Shown one piece after another: positions 37,100 to 50,632 of a stretch of 64,000 nucleotides of DNA. Below the pieces are notes generated by a model. That model searched no databases. It worked only from the letters and a program-made list of their open reading frames with translations, and was not told the DNA's origin. Source of the DNA: Squalus acanthias (Eukaryota); assembly GCA_030390025.1 (NCBI GenBank), contig CM059431.1:118856001-118920000 (forward strand). The letters run 5' to 3'. Numbering within the stretch: position 1 is the stretch's first letter; the number at the start of each line of letters is the position of its first letter. The translations under genes and the position numbers were made by a program.

Positions 37100-40000
37100 G
37101 TCTGGGAGCAACTGGTCTGAGCGGATCCCTTGCAAGTCAGTATCAAGTCCTTGAGCACATGCCACACCACTCCTTGAAGACTTTAGGCAACTTTAAAGAA
37201 GTCTAGAAAGCACCAAACACTTCTATAAACTTAGCAACACCTAGTAGAAATCAATCAACAACTAACCTGTAAGTAGATGATGAACCCTTTAAATAGCGCT
37301 GGTGTGTGCTCCTTCCTGCTTGTGATCGCATGTTCAGCTGTGCGAGGTTAACGCTCGAGGTTGAGATCAAAAATGGCAGCGCTGGCGTCTAACCAGCGTT
37401 ACATGCTGATTGACATCACAATCTACCTACTCTGCATACTTACGGCGCACGCTTCCTCCGCTGACACTAGCGCCCTCACCAAAATGGCGTCCGGTATGGC
37501 CTGCACCAGAGGTGTGCACGTGCTGCTCGGACGCCATTTTTGAGCCAAATCGGCACCTGCAGCGCCCAAATCAACGGGTGCTACCCAATGGTCTTAGCTC
37601 CTTACAGGCTGGAGAGGACCTTCAGTAGCCCTGACATCTAGGTAAGTTTCTGTCAGCAGGCCCATGACCGCAAAACCTATCTGTTAATTACTTTAATATC
37701 CTGCACCTTCATAGGAACTTTCTTCCAGCTCTGAAAATCAGTAAATCATCACAAGCTCCGATCTTCATTCTAGGTTTTTAAACTATCAGGTGTTTGAACT
37801 ATATTTAACAATAAATAAAGAAACAAATAAATAACAGTAATATGGCATATGTAGTTACAGTAGAAATTATACTATCTAGCTCTTCAAGAGGAAAATAAAT
37901 GTTTGCAACCTGCACGCTAAAGTGCTGTCTCTTGAATTAATTATCTTACATACATAGTGATTCTTTTCTTCTATTTCTCACCACTGTGGGAATGCACTTG
38001 CCTAACCTAACTTAGGAAAGTTCCAAACAGATTGAACAATTTGCCTTACTTAACTATCCCTGAAAAGGTTTATGAATTTAAATAATTGACAACTCAATTC
38101 AGGAAAGAGCTGCCAGTCAGACCCATAATTGAATTTTGTAACTTGGTTCATTTCTCAAACCTTGCATGCATTGACAATACCTCACTTGTGCATTGATTTC
38201 GGCTGGGATCAGGATCCTGGCTGTAGCTGCATTTTGAAAATTCCTTCACCAGAAACCTTCTCAGGGGCTTTTTCAATTGACTGTCGTGACTTCGACAGAA
38301 GATTGGCAGAAACTCTGGACACACTTGGAAATGGGGTTTCCATCGATATTCTGCTGAAGCTAGAACAGCTGATCAGGAGAAATCTCGAGAAAGTTCTCAG
38401 TGCTGATGTAGTGTGATTTAAAGGGATAGTCACCAAGCTGAAACTGGACAAAAAATGTAAATATTGTCACAGGAGGCATATCACTTTGAGTTTCCACTTT
38501 CCCAGAGTTGCTCTGATGACATAAGTTACAAATGTAATGGGTGTCTGATTTAATTAGCTTTATTCCTTTACATTGAAATTGGCACCTTGAATGAACGATA
38601 ATGTTGAATTTTAAAAAAAAGCCAGTATGTTCGCATTGTAATGTGATATGCTCCAGAGGGGTTAGACATAAATCCATTCCAATCTTAGTTGAGTGATCCA
38701 AGGAATGCACCAGGCAAAGACCCGAGAGTGGGAGAATATTGATAGGATACCTCCAGGTTTGCATCCAAGCTGGTTCAAGGAATTGGCATTCAAGTAAGTC
38801 GCTGTAAATGGCAGGTCTTCATGGGAGACAAAGTGACTTACTAACTTGAAGCTATTTTTCTACCATGTAGGAGACACATTCTTCAATTTATTTTCTAATT
38901 GTACAGAAGACACAGAGGTGACGAAAATAATGCATACTGAAATTGCGTACCCAAGCTTTCCTTTCCAGTTAATATTTTGAATTTCTTTTCATTTTCTCAC
39001 AAATTTTCCCTTCTTTCCTCTCCCAGAGATGCTGACTCCTTGCTGAGATAACGTTCCTTGGTCTAGAAATTCCAATACGCCAAAAACCTGCCGGTGCCAC
39101 TGTGGGCCGCAGTAAACGGCCACCCGAATTCATAGTGCAGGCAACACGGGTATTTTGGTGCTGCCTGCTAATTTAAATTAGCGCAGCGCTAAACTTACCT
39201 CTTTTTTCCAGTGCTCCTCTCAGCAGAACGCCCAATGTAGCATGGCTGTAGCGTCCCTGGTGCAAGAACAGCCTTCTCTTAAAGCAAGGCTGTCATTTTA
39301 GAAAGCAGCGTCAGTCCCTTAAAGGGGAACTGCCTTCTAAAATGAAAAAAATGAAAAATCATTTAAAAATAGGCAGTTTTTAGCACTTAGAGCTCAACTG
39401 CTTTCTGGAAAAAAAATTGAAAATTCTTCCCAAATGACAGTCTTCAGCTCTTAAAGCTGAATTGCCTTCTGCACCTAAAAAAAACAGTAAAAATGCTTCA
39501 GCACTAACACAAATGGCTCAACAAGCCAGAGAAGGGGTACCCAGGGTTTCACATGCAGCACTCCAGCTTTGTGCAGGCGGTCAACACTGCAAGAGAGCTC
39601 CTCTACCCACAGGGGCCAGGAGGCCCTCCAGAAAGAAGAATGTGGGACCAGATCACCGAGGCAATAACTGCCAGCAGTGTCGCCCCCATGACCTGGCTCC
39701 AGTGCCCAAAGAAGCTTCATAACCTCAGAGCAGTGGTCAAGGTCAGTGAATGCATCTTCAAAAGCCATCTCCTACCAACTGCACCACGAGCCTCACACAC
39801 TGCTCATTGCATGACCCACCAATCATTCACCTGCCAACAATCTCTATGAAACACCAGGCACAGCTTCCATTCCTAGCTTCACCTCAAGCCCCTGGAGGAG
39901 ACGGTGCATGCCATTCTTGGTAGGGGGATGGTTGAGCCCTTGGCCAGTGGCAGGGCTGAAAGGATACAAGATGCTGGTATCCTCATACGTTATCCTTCTT

Positions 40001-41414
40001 CTCGCATGCATCTCTTGCTTTCCATAATTCCACCCTTGTGGCTTACTCATTTCACACATCCAAGAAATTCAGCGTGCCCAGCCAGTGGTTGACCAAGATG
40101 AGGGAGAGAAGAGTGAAGAAGAACAAGAAGAAGAAGAAAGACCATCATTCGATTTGACACTGCCAGCCACCAGATCCTCGAGGTCATCCTGCAAGGCCAT
40201 TTGCAATGTCCCCCACTGAAAGTCAGCAGCCTCCCACGAGCCATGCTGCAGCCACAGGGGTGACATCTGTAGGATAGGCAAAGGTACACACAAGACAATC
40301 ACTAAGGGAATGCAAAAGGGTAATTAGTTGATTTCTTGATGTCATATTGGATGGATAGATGTATAAAGTTGGATTGGAAAGTTTGCTTTGTGGTGGCTTT
40401 TATTTCAGCATTGTGGCCAAGAGGGCACTATGATGGTCAGTAACAGAGGGAAGGTAAGGTGTGGGACAAATGTTGAAAGGGAAATTGGGGTTACATTCAC
40501 TGGTACTGCAGACGGATGATTCCACCCCGGATATCCCGGCCACAAAAGGGCTGTCTGGGATGCATCCTTCCGTCCGCTTCCTCTTTTTCTGCGTCTTCCT
40601 CTTCTGCGTCTTCCTCTTCTGCTTCTTCCTCTTCCCTCTGCGAGCGGATGCTGGAAATCTGAAACAAAAGCAGAAAATGCTGGAAATACTCAATAGATCA
40701 GGCAGCATCTCGACCTGAGACGTGAACTCTGTTTCTCTATCCACTGATGCTGTCTGACCTGCTGATTATTTCCAGTATTTGCTGTCTTCTCAGGGGCCTT
40801 CCTTTACCACCTAAAGCCTTGCAAGCATCCAGCAGCATTCCCCACACTCCCAGCACATTTTAAAAACTTTTAACATCTATTGCACAAAGGCACTTCAATA
40901 AAATATATAGGGGGAAAAATTTGTCCCTTGGCACCTCCAGTTAGTGCCAGCAGGTGGCATTAATGGGGTGCGAGAGCAGTATTGCCAGGGTGAGGCGAAT
41001 CTAGTGCTGCACGTCAAATCCCGCCCGCCCCGTAGCGCTGCAGGTAAGAGTTATCGCCAGGAACGTCAATGTCAGATAGATCATGACATCAGTGAGTGTG
41101 TAATGCTCACTGACCACCTGATCTGCTAAATTGATTATCGCCATTTACCTTAGCGCCTGGAGTAAACACTGATGGGGAGAGCTGGTGTGAAGCACAAGGA
41201 AGCTGGCTCCAGGGATGATATTTAAAAGGATCATCAGTAATGATTCGCAGCTGTCAGGTTAGTGCAGTTTCAATGGTTTCTTCGCAATTTCACATAATCC
41301 AAGAGTTTCATTCAGTAATTTCAAGGTTCTTTTGTATCGGGAGTGTTGTGGCAACTAAAAATTAGCTACATTTATTATTCAAAGAATCAAACTGCTACAC
41401 TTGGTAATATTAAT

Positions 41415-42590
41415 TGGGGCTGTAGTGGCAGTTGACCTCGCCCTCCAGAATCTATGGTGGAGGGAGCGGAGGCAGTGAGAAAGATTGGAGCATGTGCCCA
41501 GAGGGAGGAGGAGAGTCATCAGGCCACTCAACAGGAGGCCTTACCCTCTGAGGGCATTCCGAGAGTAATTCGCCTACCTCCAATTAAGCGAGGAGCTGTG
41601 TATTAGAAGGCTCCGCTTCACCAAGGAGGTGGTCACAGAACTCTGCCACCTCCTGCAACCAGACCTCCAGCCTCAGACCAGGGCGACCACGGCTCTCCCA
41701 GTGGCAGTCAAGGTCACTGTTGCCCTCAATTTCTTCACCAGCAGATGCTTCCAGTCTGCAACAGGAGACATAGGTAATATCTCTCAATTCGCCGTCCATC
41801 GCTGCATTCGGGAGGTCACAGAGGCTCCTTACAGTAGGAAAAGGGAATACATTACCTTTTCCATCACCAGAGAGAAGCCGGACGAGCATGCATGTGGCTT
41901 TGCCAGGATAGTGGGCATCCTCGTGGTGCAGGGCCCCATTGACACCACCCACGTGACTTTTCGGGCACTGCATAACAATCCTGAGATCTTCCATAACTGC
42001 AAAGGCTACCACTCGCTTAATGTGCAGTTGGTGTGCAACCATAGACAACAAATCCTCAATGTTAATGCCCACTATCCTGGTAGCAGCTACATTGCCTTCA
42101 TCCTGCGCCAGCATTCTTCCAGCCACCACACCAAGTTCGCGGCTGGCTGCTCGACAGCAAAGGCTATCCACTCTCCACCTGGCTCATCACTCCCCTCCGC
42201 AATCCCAACACTCCTGCCCAGCACTCATATAATGAGAGCCATACTGCCACCAGTGACATCATCGAGCAGACCATCGACCTGCTAAAGCAACTGTTCCACT
42301 GCCTTGACCGCTCGGGAGGAGCCCTCCAGTACTCAGCTGAGCTGGTGTCCAATTTTGTGGTAGTCTGCTGCATGCGCCACAACTTGGCCATCATGAGGGG
42401 CCCCCCCTTGCCACCAGGGATTGCGGGACCACCTCAGGAGGAGGAAGGGGAGAGGAGGAGGATGAGGAGGAAGACAAAGAGGACGAGGAGAAGGAAGAGG
42501 AGGAACAGGAGCGAGGCAGGAGGCAGCCACTCAATCGGTCTTCTGGAAGGGCGGCCCGTGATCGCTCATCAGACTGCAGTTCGAGTTAAT
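41415..42590 (+). pseudogene. Harbinger DDE transposase of element G
   Basis: LPVAVKVTVALNFF, VQGPIDTTHV, KGYHSLNVQLVC, YPGS, acidic C-tail; frameshifted. Confidence 0.9.
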
Positions 42591-42750
42591 TAAACCCCAG
42601 ATCCCAGTTGTTCACATCCCCATCATTCCATCCCTGTCGCAGGCCACATCACAGCGCAAAGCTGAAATGAGACACACCACAAAAGAATCCAAACCGAATT
42701 AATGAATTTATCAAAAGTCAGTGAACACATATTTACACCAAAAATATTAA

Positions 42751-44507
42751 CTATTCACTCTTGTGCAATCCCTTAGTGCCTGTCGTTACTGTGCCTTTGC
42801 CTGCTCTAGTGCTCCTATGAAGTGTTGGCCCAGTGGCTGCAGCAGGGCTGGTGGAAGGCTGCTGAATGTCCATGCAGGAGACTTCAGATGGCCTTGCAGG
42901 ACACCCGCGACCAGCTCTACCTGGAAGGCCCGGCTGTAGACTGCACCACCTCAGCATGGGCGACAGTAGTCTGGGCCGGCTGGATGATCGGCAGCGATAA
43001 GGTCAATGACGGAGGGGCAGTGGTGGGAGCAGGAATGAGCCAATCGACAGTGGTAGATTCAGCCATGATGGCAGGAGTCAGATCTTGCGTGGCATTAAGC
43101 TGAGACTGCATGAGAGCAGTCTGAGATTGGATGCCACCAAGCATAGACTGCATTACAGCACTAAGACGTTGCGTCGCTTCCACCAGTGCTGCAATGGAAG
43201 CTGCCAGATCGGCCATCACACGAGGCATCAGTTTTGGGTCGCCACGGTCTCTCAGGGAGTCTACCATCCTTTGCAGACTGTAAATGATGGGCTCCATGGT
43301 GTGCGCAGAGCCTTGTGCAATGTTGGAGGTGGAATCCTCCATGCTCCTTATCATTGCCGAGAGGCTCTCGGGCACCCATGCCATTGCACCTATCATCTGT
43401 GTGTGTATGCCCATCACCCTTCTTCTAAAGGCCTTCCCATTGAGGTCCTCATCTGAGTCCTATGCAGCAGAACTCTCCCTCCGGGGAGCTGGCCCCCGAG
43501 GTACCCTTTCCCCTGGCCTTGCTGCAGCCCACTCGTCCCTGGTGCCTCATCCTGTGCAGATCCCGCTACTATACTAGCCTCTAAAGAACGTATAGTGCCA
43601 GTATCTGAGCTGGTGTCTGTGGGTGAGACATACAGTGACGCGGTGTGTTCTTCCTCCTCCTCTTCTCCTGCCTCGCTCTCTACGGTGCCCTCAGGGACAG
43701 GCTGCTCAGGTGCTTGCTCATTATCTGAAAGGACAAAGGCACAAGAGTCAGGTTAAGGTGAGGGGGGCAGGAAGGGAGCAATGCATGCCTACAGCATGAT
43801 TAGCTGGAAAGTGCGAAACGCTTGTGGAGTGAGGGGAAGTGGGATGTGAGAAGAAGGAGTAGGGATGAACATACCGTTGTTGTCCCCAAGGGGGTCAATG
43901 TCACCGGTGGCCATGGCATTCACCACCTGGCACCCTTTAATCTCCAGCACTCTATTATCCAGCTCAGACAGTGGTTGGGTGTCGGTTGGTCCCCTGCCTG
44001 TGCCCTCCTGCTCCCTCCTGTTGTGAGACACCTTGGCCTGCGAGAGAAAGGAAAGCATGTGAGTGAGTGTGGAGCAATGTGTTTGGGTGATGTGCCTGCC
44101 ATAGTCGAATAGCTGTCATTGTGTGCAAGGTGTGAGATGTGGGTGTGAGTGTTGGTAGGTAGAGATTGTTGGCGGGTGAGTGCTGGGGGTGTGGTGCTTT
44201 GGGCAGTGTGTGCAGACTGAGGTTCAGATGGTGGTATGTAGCATTTGTTGAAGCATTCACTCACCCTGACCACCCGAGTGAGGTCGTTAAATTTCTTCCT
44301 GCACTGTGTGTGGGTCCTGGGGACCACAGTGCTGCCCGAGATCTGCTGGTCTACCTCCCTCCACATGGAGCAGAAGACTTGCGGCGAGGACCTCCTGCCA
44401 GTTGCCGGGTAGAGCACCGCCCTCCATCTCTCCACGGCGAAAACCAATGCCTCCAATGCCTCATCGCAGAATCTGCGGGCTCTCTCCCTGGGGCGTGGAT
44501 CTGCCAT
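42751..44507 (-). pseudogene. Harbinger Myb/SANT protein of element G, three exons
   Basis: RARRFCDEALEALV..WREV..RTHTQCRKKFNDL; donor GTGAGT; C-terminal coiled coil. Confidence 0.85.
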
Positions 44508-46105
44508 GAGTACAACTGGTTCAGTCCTCCAGCTCCTTCTTCTTGCTTCTTCCTGCTTCTGCTTGCTGAGGCAGCTGCACAGCCAGCAATGCTGAGAATG
44601 AGGTGCTGCAGCAGCAGTGAACCTTCCCTTTAATTACTGAAAAAAGCCTGTGGCAACGATGAGTTGTGATTAGACTGCACCTGATATTGGTCCACCCTTT
44701 GCGTAAAATGCCAATGAGCTTGGGCTTTAAGACTTGAATTAGGACTCCAATCATTTTATTGAGCAGTGAGCACAAATTTTGCGTGCAGTCTAAAGCATTT
44801 GCGCCTGGTGTTAATTCTCCAACTTTTCTACTGACACCGCCCATTACTTGGCTATAATGAATTTCTAGCCCATAAAATCCAGTCCAAAATCTTAAATCCA
44901 CACTTATCTGAAAGGTGCGTGTGTTCCTTTAAGTAGTGCTGGCAGCATCGCTGTAGGTCTGCTGCACACTCGCTTTTCTGAGCGTGCTTAAGACCCAACG
45001 TTAAAGTCAGCTCAAAGGTTGAAGTTTGCATAGCGTGGCATCAAGGGACAGCGCTGCTAACGGCAGCACTATGGCCCTCACTAAAATGGCGGCTGCCAAG
45101 TCCCGTGCCAGAGACAGGCAGAAGTGAGGCAGGCGCCATTTTTTTTTCAAGATAAGGGCCTTAATGGAGAGCAGCAATTCCGTGAATTTCCAGGCCCATA
45201 GTTGCTAGTAACCCTCTAATTTTCATATGTGAGTCTTACATTGCGTATTGTCTGGCTCTTTGCATGCAAGAGGTGTCACAGAAAAGTCTGATTCCTTAAA
45301 AAGAAAGAAAACCTGGATTTATATAGCACTTTTCACAACCTCAGGACATCCCAAAGTGCTTTACAGCCACTTAATTGCTTTGGAAGTGCAGTCACTGTTG
45401 TAATGTAATTTGCTCACACAATACTGATACATGCAAACTTCTGACGGAGGTCCCTGGATGACAATCTGATCTTTTTTCCCCAGCCTAGCCCAGGGATGCT
45501 GAGGTCAACTGCAGAGCTCTATCACCACCCCAGCTTCAGTCAGCTAACTCAACACAGATCAGAGTTTGAACTTGTATGGCTCAACTATTCACGAGATAAA
45601 CGCACTGAGCTATTTCAGGAGACTATTTCTCTTTAACATGTGGTTTAGGAATTGTCCTTACTTTGTGTCAGATAATGAGACTTCCAGTTTCAGATTTCAC
45701 GATCCTGCTATGGTTTTAACCAAGGTTATTACATAATTGGAAATGATGACGTACAATCACCAGTTGTTTCAATTGAAATTTTTGGCAAAATTAGCAAATC
45801 ACAATTGGACATAAAGTCTGGTTCAGGTACTCGAGCATGATGGACATTATGGAGTGTGACATTAATTAGGTGCTCTGTTTAGTTCCAATGGCACAAGTTA
45901 AAACTTGCGCTGCTAACAAAAAGTGCTGCGTTATGCCTGACATGCTGGGCATAAAACTGACTAATTGAGGAAGCATTGCATCATGCTTTTGTGGGTACAG
46001 AGCAAATCCAATGATATGGAGAAAGCTACAGCAACCTTGGCACAGCTGAATGAATGCAAATAAGCAGCAGCAGAGAGAACATACACAAGAGGTCCTTATT
46101 AATAC

Positions 46106-48040
46106 AAAGAAAGAACTTGTGATTATATAGCACCTTTCATGACCTCAGGGCACCTCAAAGCCAATGAAGGACATTTTGAAGTGTAGTCACTATTGTAACG
46201 TAAGAAAACACAGCAGCCAATTTATACAAAGCAGCGATAAATGACCTGATAATGGGGTGGAAATTCATTTTGGGCCTGAATTAGGTGGCATTCTGGGTGG
46301 CAGTGCGCACCAGAAGTTGGAGGCCCAAGGCTCACCAAAAATTGGGTCTTGGACATCATCAGCATATTGCCGCCAAGCTGCGGATGCCAATTGGTCATCC
46401 AGAAACAGTTCAGTGGTTCCACGAGTATGAAGGTGGGCTGACTGCCTCCCCGGCAATGGCTCTGGGAGGGAGCATGATCAGGAGGGAGGTGGGGCAATTC
46501 AGGAGCAGGGAGGGGGCAATTAGACTGGAAGGAAAAGGGTGATTGTGATTGGGGCCGAGCAGGGGGCCAGCAATGGTCCTTGGGAATGCACTCCTGCTCC
46601 TCCTGACTACACATTCAGATAAATATAGTTTTATAAAACTTACCTATTTGGTGGTGGCCTCCAGAGGTCCCTTAAAGTATCACTGAAATGTAGACATGGT
46701 TGTCCTCAACACAGTACGTCCGGCACCGTCTGCGTTCAGGGCAGTCTAACTTCGGGAAGGATGCCCTCAAACAGGCATTATGCTCCCTATTTGCAGATCC
46801 GAAGGACCTGACGCGGTTTCAGGTGCGGGCCCTAGACATAAGAACATAATAACATAAGAAATAGGAGCAGGAGTAGGCCATTTGACCCTTCGAGCCTGCT
46901 CTGCCATTCAGAAAGATCATGGCTGATCTTCTACCTCATCTCCACTTTCCTGCACTATCCCCACATCCCTTGATTCCATTAGTATTCAAGAATCTATCGC
47001 TCTCTGTCTTGAATATACTCACTGACTGAGCCTCCACAGCCCTCTGGGGTAGAGAATTCCAAAGAGTCACCACACTCTGAGTGAAGAAATTTCTCCTCAT
47101 CTCAGTCCTAAATGGCTGACCCCTTATTCTGAGACTATGACCTCTGGTTCTAGACTCCCCAGCCAGGGGAAACATCCTCCCTGCATCTACCCTGTCAAGC
47201 CATGTAAGAATTTTGTATGTTTCAATGAGATCACCTCCCATTCTTCTAAACGCTAGAGAATATAGGCCTTGTCTACTCAATCTCACCTCATAGGACAATC
47301 CCCCCATCCCAGGAATCAGTCTGGTGAACCTTTGTTGCACTCCCTCTATGGCAAGTACATCCTTTCTTAGTTAAGGAGACCAAAACTGTACACAATACTC
47401 CAGGTGTGGTCTCACCTGGGCTACAAAAATGCAGTAAGACGTCTTTACTCTTATACTCAAATCCTCTTGTAATATAGGCCAACATACCATTTGTTTCCTA
47501 ATTGCTTGCTGTACCTGCATGTTAACTTTCAGTGATTCGTGTACAAGGACACCCAGGTCCCTCTGAACACCAACATTTCCCAATCTCTCACCATTTAAAA
47601 AAAGACTCTGCTTTTCTATTTTTCCTACCAAAGTGGATAACTTCACATTTCTGCACATTATATTCCATTTGCTGGAGCCTTTAAATACGGCGGGCAGCTT
47701 TCTTCTGGCGCAGAATGTGCCTGCGGATACCGCACACCATATTGAAAGCTTAGATGCCTGTTTTGGCATCAGCAAATTTGTATGTCAATCTGTTTTGATG
47801 ATATTAGAATAAATGTTTGCCATGGTATCTCTCCTGCTATTTGTCCAATAGTACCGTAAGTTTTTTACATCCACCAGCAGACATTTAACATCTACGTGAA
47901 AGTCAGCACTTCTAACAGTGCGGCACTCCCTCAGTACTGCAATGCAGTGTACATTATGTGCTTGAGTTTCTGGAATGGAGCTTGAAGAATAGCATTCTAA
48001 CTGAGAGGTGAGTGTGCTACCACGGAGCCAAGGCAAACAC
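46106..48040 (-). mobile_element. DeuSINE-like SINE split by a MITE (46254-47786)
   Basis: 46106-46253 and 47787-48040 are colinear with 1160-1550; AAT is duplicated at the junctions; insert left end GGGGTGGAAATTC. Confidence 0.6.
46836..47670 (-). mobile_element. CR1 LINE 3' fragment
   Basis: RPHLEYCVQFWSP, QRFTRLIPGM; (ACATAAGA)n tail. Confidence 0.88.
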
Positions 48041-48043
48041 TAT

Positions 48044-49785
48044 GGCCAGAATTTTCCTGGGGGTCTGCGGGCGCGATCGGTAGCGGGTCGGCTGGGAAAG
48101 TGTTTTTTTTTGACAGCGGGTCAGTAATCCGCTGTCAACCCACCGCCACGCACCTTTCCCACTGTCAGGTCTGTCAACGCAGAGCAGACCCGACCGGCAG
48201 TGGCAGGGGACCTAATTAAATGGTTAGCACCTAGTTGCCAGATGCTTAACAGCCTTTTTTTCATTTACCTTTTGTCTTTAAATTCATGACCACAGGAACC
48301 CTGCTGTGCGCAGTCCATGGATGTCAAGCTGAGGCGTGAGTTCAGTGGCCATTGCTCCAGCTGATTACTTGACAGCTTCAAATGTACAGTAAAAGCTCAC
48401 ACCTAACTGATATTCACTTTCCTCAGACAGAAGTTTTTTCTCACTTCATTTCCAGCACACATTCTGCAGGCTTTCCACTTTCCACTCTTCAACCACTCTC
48501 ACCTCATTGGAAGAACTCTCTCACCATTGACAGAATACTTCTGTCATCTCTACTTCACCTGCCATCTATTCCACCAGCATGGGAGCCCTTTATACTCTCT
48601 CACCTTGGTCCTCAGAATCCTACCACGATCAGCCCCAACACCAGCAGCACCAGGCACACCAGCAGCACCAACAACAATACCAACCTTCTCCGCAATTACC
48701 TGATGCTGCACAGGACAGAGGGCATCAGCACCTGACCACATTGCTGCCCGGGAGGCCAGGGATGGCCTCACCATTGCCAGATTGACTTCACTTAACGCTG
48801 TACACCTTGGCTGCCATATGATGCACCAGGTTGGTACCACCCCACACCAATACCATAAAGCATCCCTACAATGCCCAAGCCATTCCTTTCACACTCATGA
48901 CCATTGCGGGGGTTTCTGTTATGACTCACCATTCACTGCAACTCACTAAGCCACTTCCAAAGGTTCACATGAATCTGTCCAAGAATGCAAGGTGTTGAAA
49001 ATAAATGTTTCAATGTTTGACAGCACATTAACAGAACCTTGACATGAACATTGCATAAAACACCCAAGTGCCTACCCTTGTGTGTTGTTAGTTGATATGA
49101 CTGCATTAGGATGAAGGTGAGTGTGAGGGGTGGCTCATGATATGGGGATGTGATAATGTAGATAGAGAGGGATGGGTGGAGGTGCAAGGTAAGTTGGTGT
49201 GAGTAAGGATGTGCAGGAGTAGGGTAGGGAAGGCAGAGTGATGAGGATGTGATGAGAGGCACAGCAGGATGAGGTTGAGTGTGGCTTTGTACTAATGTTT
49301 CATGATCTACTGAGATCATTGAAACATTTGCGACACTGCACCCAGGTCCTCCTGACCACATCCCTGCTTGTGACCTCCTCTGCAATGTGCAACCAGGCTG
49401 GGTTGATCTTCTCCTGGGGAGGTCTCTTCCACCCATGGGAAGGGAAGCATATGGAGGGAGTCATGGGAGAGCCTCGGTGCAAGCATGTGCCTTTGTGCAG
49501 TCATTGTCAGTGTTTGCAACACCTCAATGCTGTAGAACACTGACAGCGCAAATGTCAAGACAAATGTGGCCATGGTCCCTTTAAGGAAACCGACTGATGA
49601 CGCATCATGAAATGACGTCACCAGACCCGCTTCCTCTAATTGGGCTGGGTAATGTGCTGGGGGAGCTTAAAAAGACCAATCAACGGAAAGTCATTTTACA
49701 CCGCGGGATGGAGCCAGCAGCGGGGTCGGGACCCGCCACCGACATCGCCCGCCCTGGCCCCTCCGAGGTGAGTAAAATCGCGGCC
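48044..49785. mobile_element. Non-autonomous Harbinger with Myb exon 1 on -
   Basis: TSD TAT; TIR GGCCAGAATTTT / AAAATCGCGGCC; AWLHIAEEV..RTWVQCRKCFNDL. Confidence 0.8.
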
Positions 49786-50457
49786 TATGTTTCCAGTGAT
49801 TAATTATGTATAATATTACAGGCAGTACATTTTTGTTTCATTGGAAATTATGTTTACTAGAAGGAGAATGCCTGACTTAATTAAAAACTAGTTACTGGAC
49901 AAAGAATATTATTTATTTTGGTACATGTATTTTAGGCAAGGATGGTGCCTGATTTTACAATTATGTTTTATCCAGCAGGTGATAAAATTATTCTTAAATG
50001 CAGTAATCAGTTTTATTGAATATAAGCACATCTATAGAAATATTTGTCTCTGATTATAAAGGTATTCAGATACCTTTTTAGGTTTTCATCAGAATTCACA
50101 CAGGAACATAGAAAGTGCTAAATGAAAGAAAGACTGAGCACAATCTAGTTCACCTTCTACCATCCTGGTAGCCACATGATACAATGATAATGGAGTTGTT
50201 GACTAATCATAGCAACCAATCTCTTTCAATTCGTCAAAACAGTACCAGAAATGACATGAGCAAACCCCAGTGGTGGAGAGCTTTGGGAATTGTCGATCCA
50301 AAGTGCCTACACTTACCACATGGCGTGTCACAAATTACTCATATACTCTATCCCAAAAAGTTGTTTTCTAAAAGAAATCTATCTAAAGTTATAAACCCTT
50401 AAAAATGAAAATAACAAATAAGAAAGGCAATATTAGTTGGCAGTTACAGAGACACTA

Positions 50458-50632
50458 GGAGTAAAATTCGACTTGGGGAGGGTCGCAACACGGACAGTAT
50501 CGCATCTGGCGCCAGTTATACGGCTCGCCTGATATTCAGTTCCACTGTGGAACTGAGTATCAGACAGGCATATATCTGGTGGCAGATGAGATACTGTCTG
50601 TTTTGTGTCCCTGCACAGTCGAATTTCACCCC
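50458..50632. mobile_element. Short foldback MITE
   Basis: GGAGTAAAATTCGACT / AGTCGAATTTCACCCC (14/16) with inner hairpin TCAGTTCCAC-T-GTGGAACTGA. Confidence 0.7.

Larger units (their letters stand above)
30261..37601. mobile_element. PIF/Harbinger transposon A (Myb on +, transposase on -), containing nested element B
   Basis: Degenerate TIRs GGGGCTAAAAATTG; TSD CTA/TTA. Myb exons at ~30592-30815, ~34457-34615 and ~34771-35810. Confidence 0.8.
40910..44871. mobile_element. Harbinger G, complete two-gene layout (transposase on +, Myb on -)
   Basis: TSD ATA; same termini as element B. Confidence 0.9.
39059..45197. mobile_element. Non-autonomous Harbinger C (deleted Myb and transposase remnants), containing nested element G
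   Basis: Ends TGGTCTAGAAATTC / GAATTTCCAGGCCC (11/14); MAQQAREGVPR..TWLQCPKKLHNL; homologous to 54276-55985; no clean TSD. Confidence 0.7.

Noticed and set aside
41629..42285. Domesticated host HARBI1 or NAIF1/MSANTD genes
   Set aside because: All copies lie within TIR/TSD-bounded elements and are frameshifted, so they are transposon pseudogenes.
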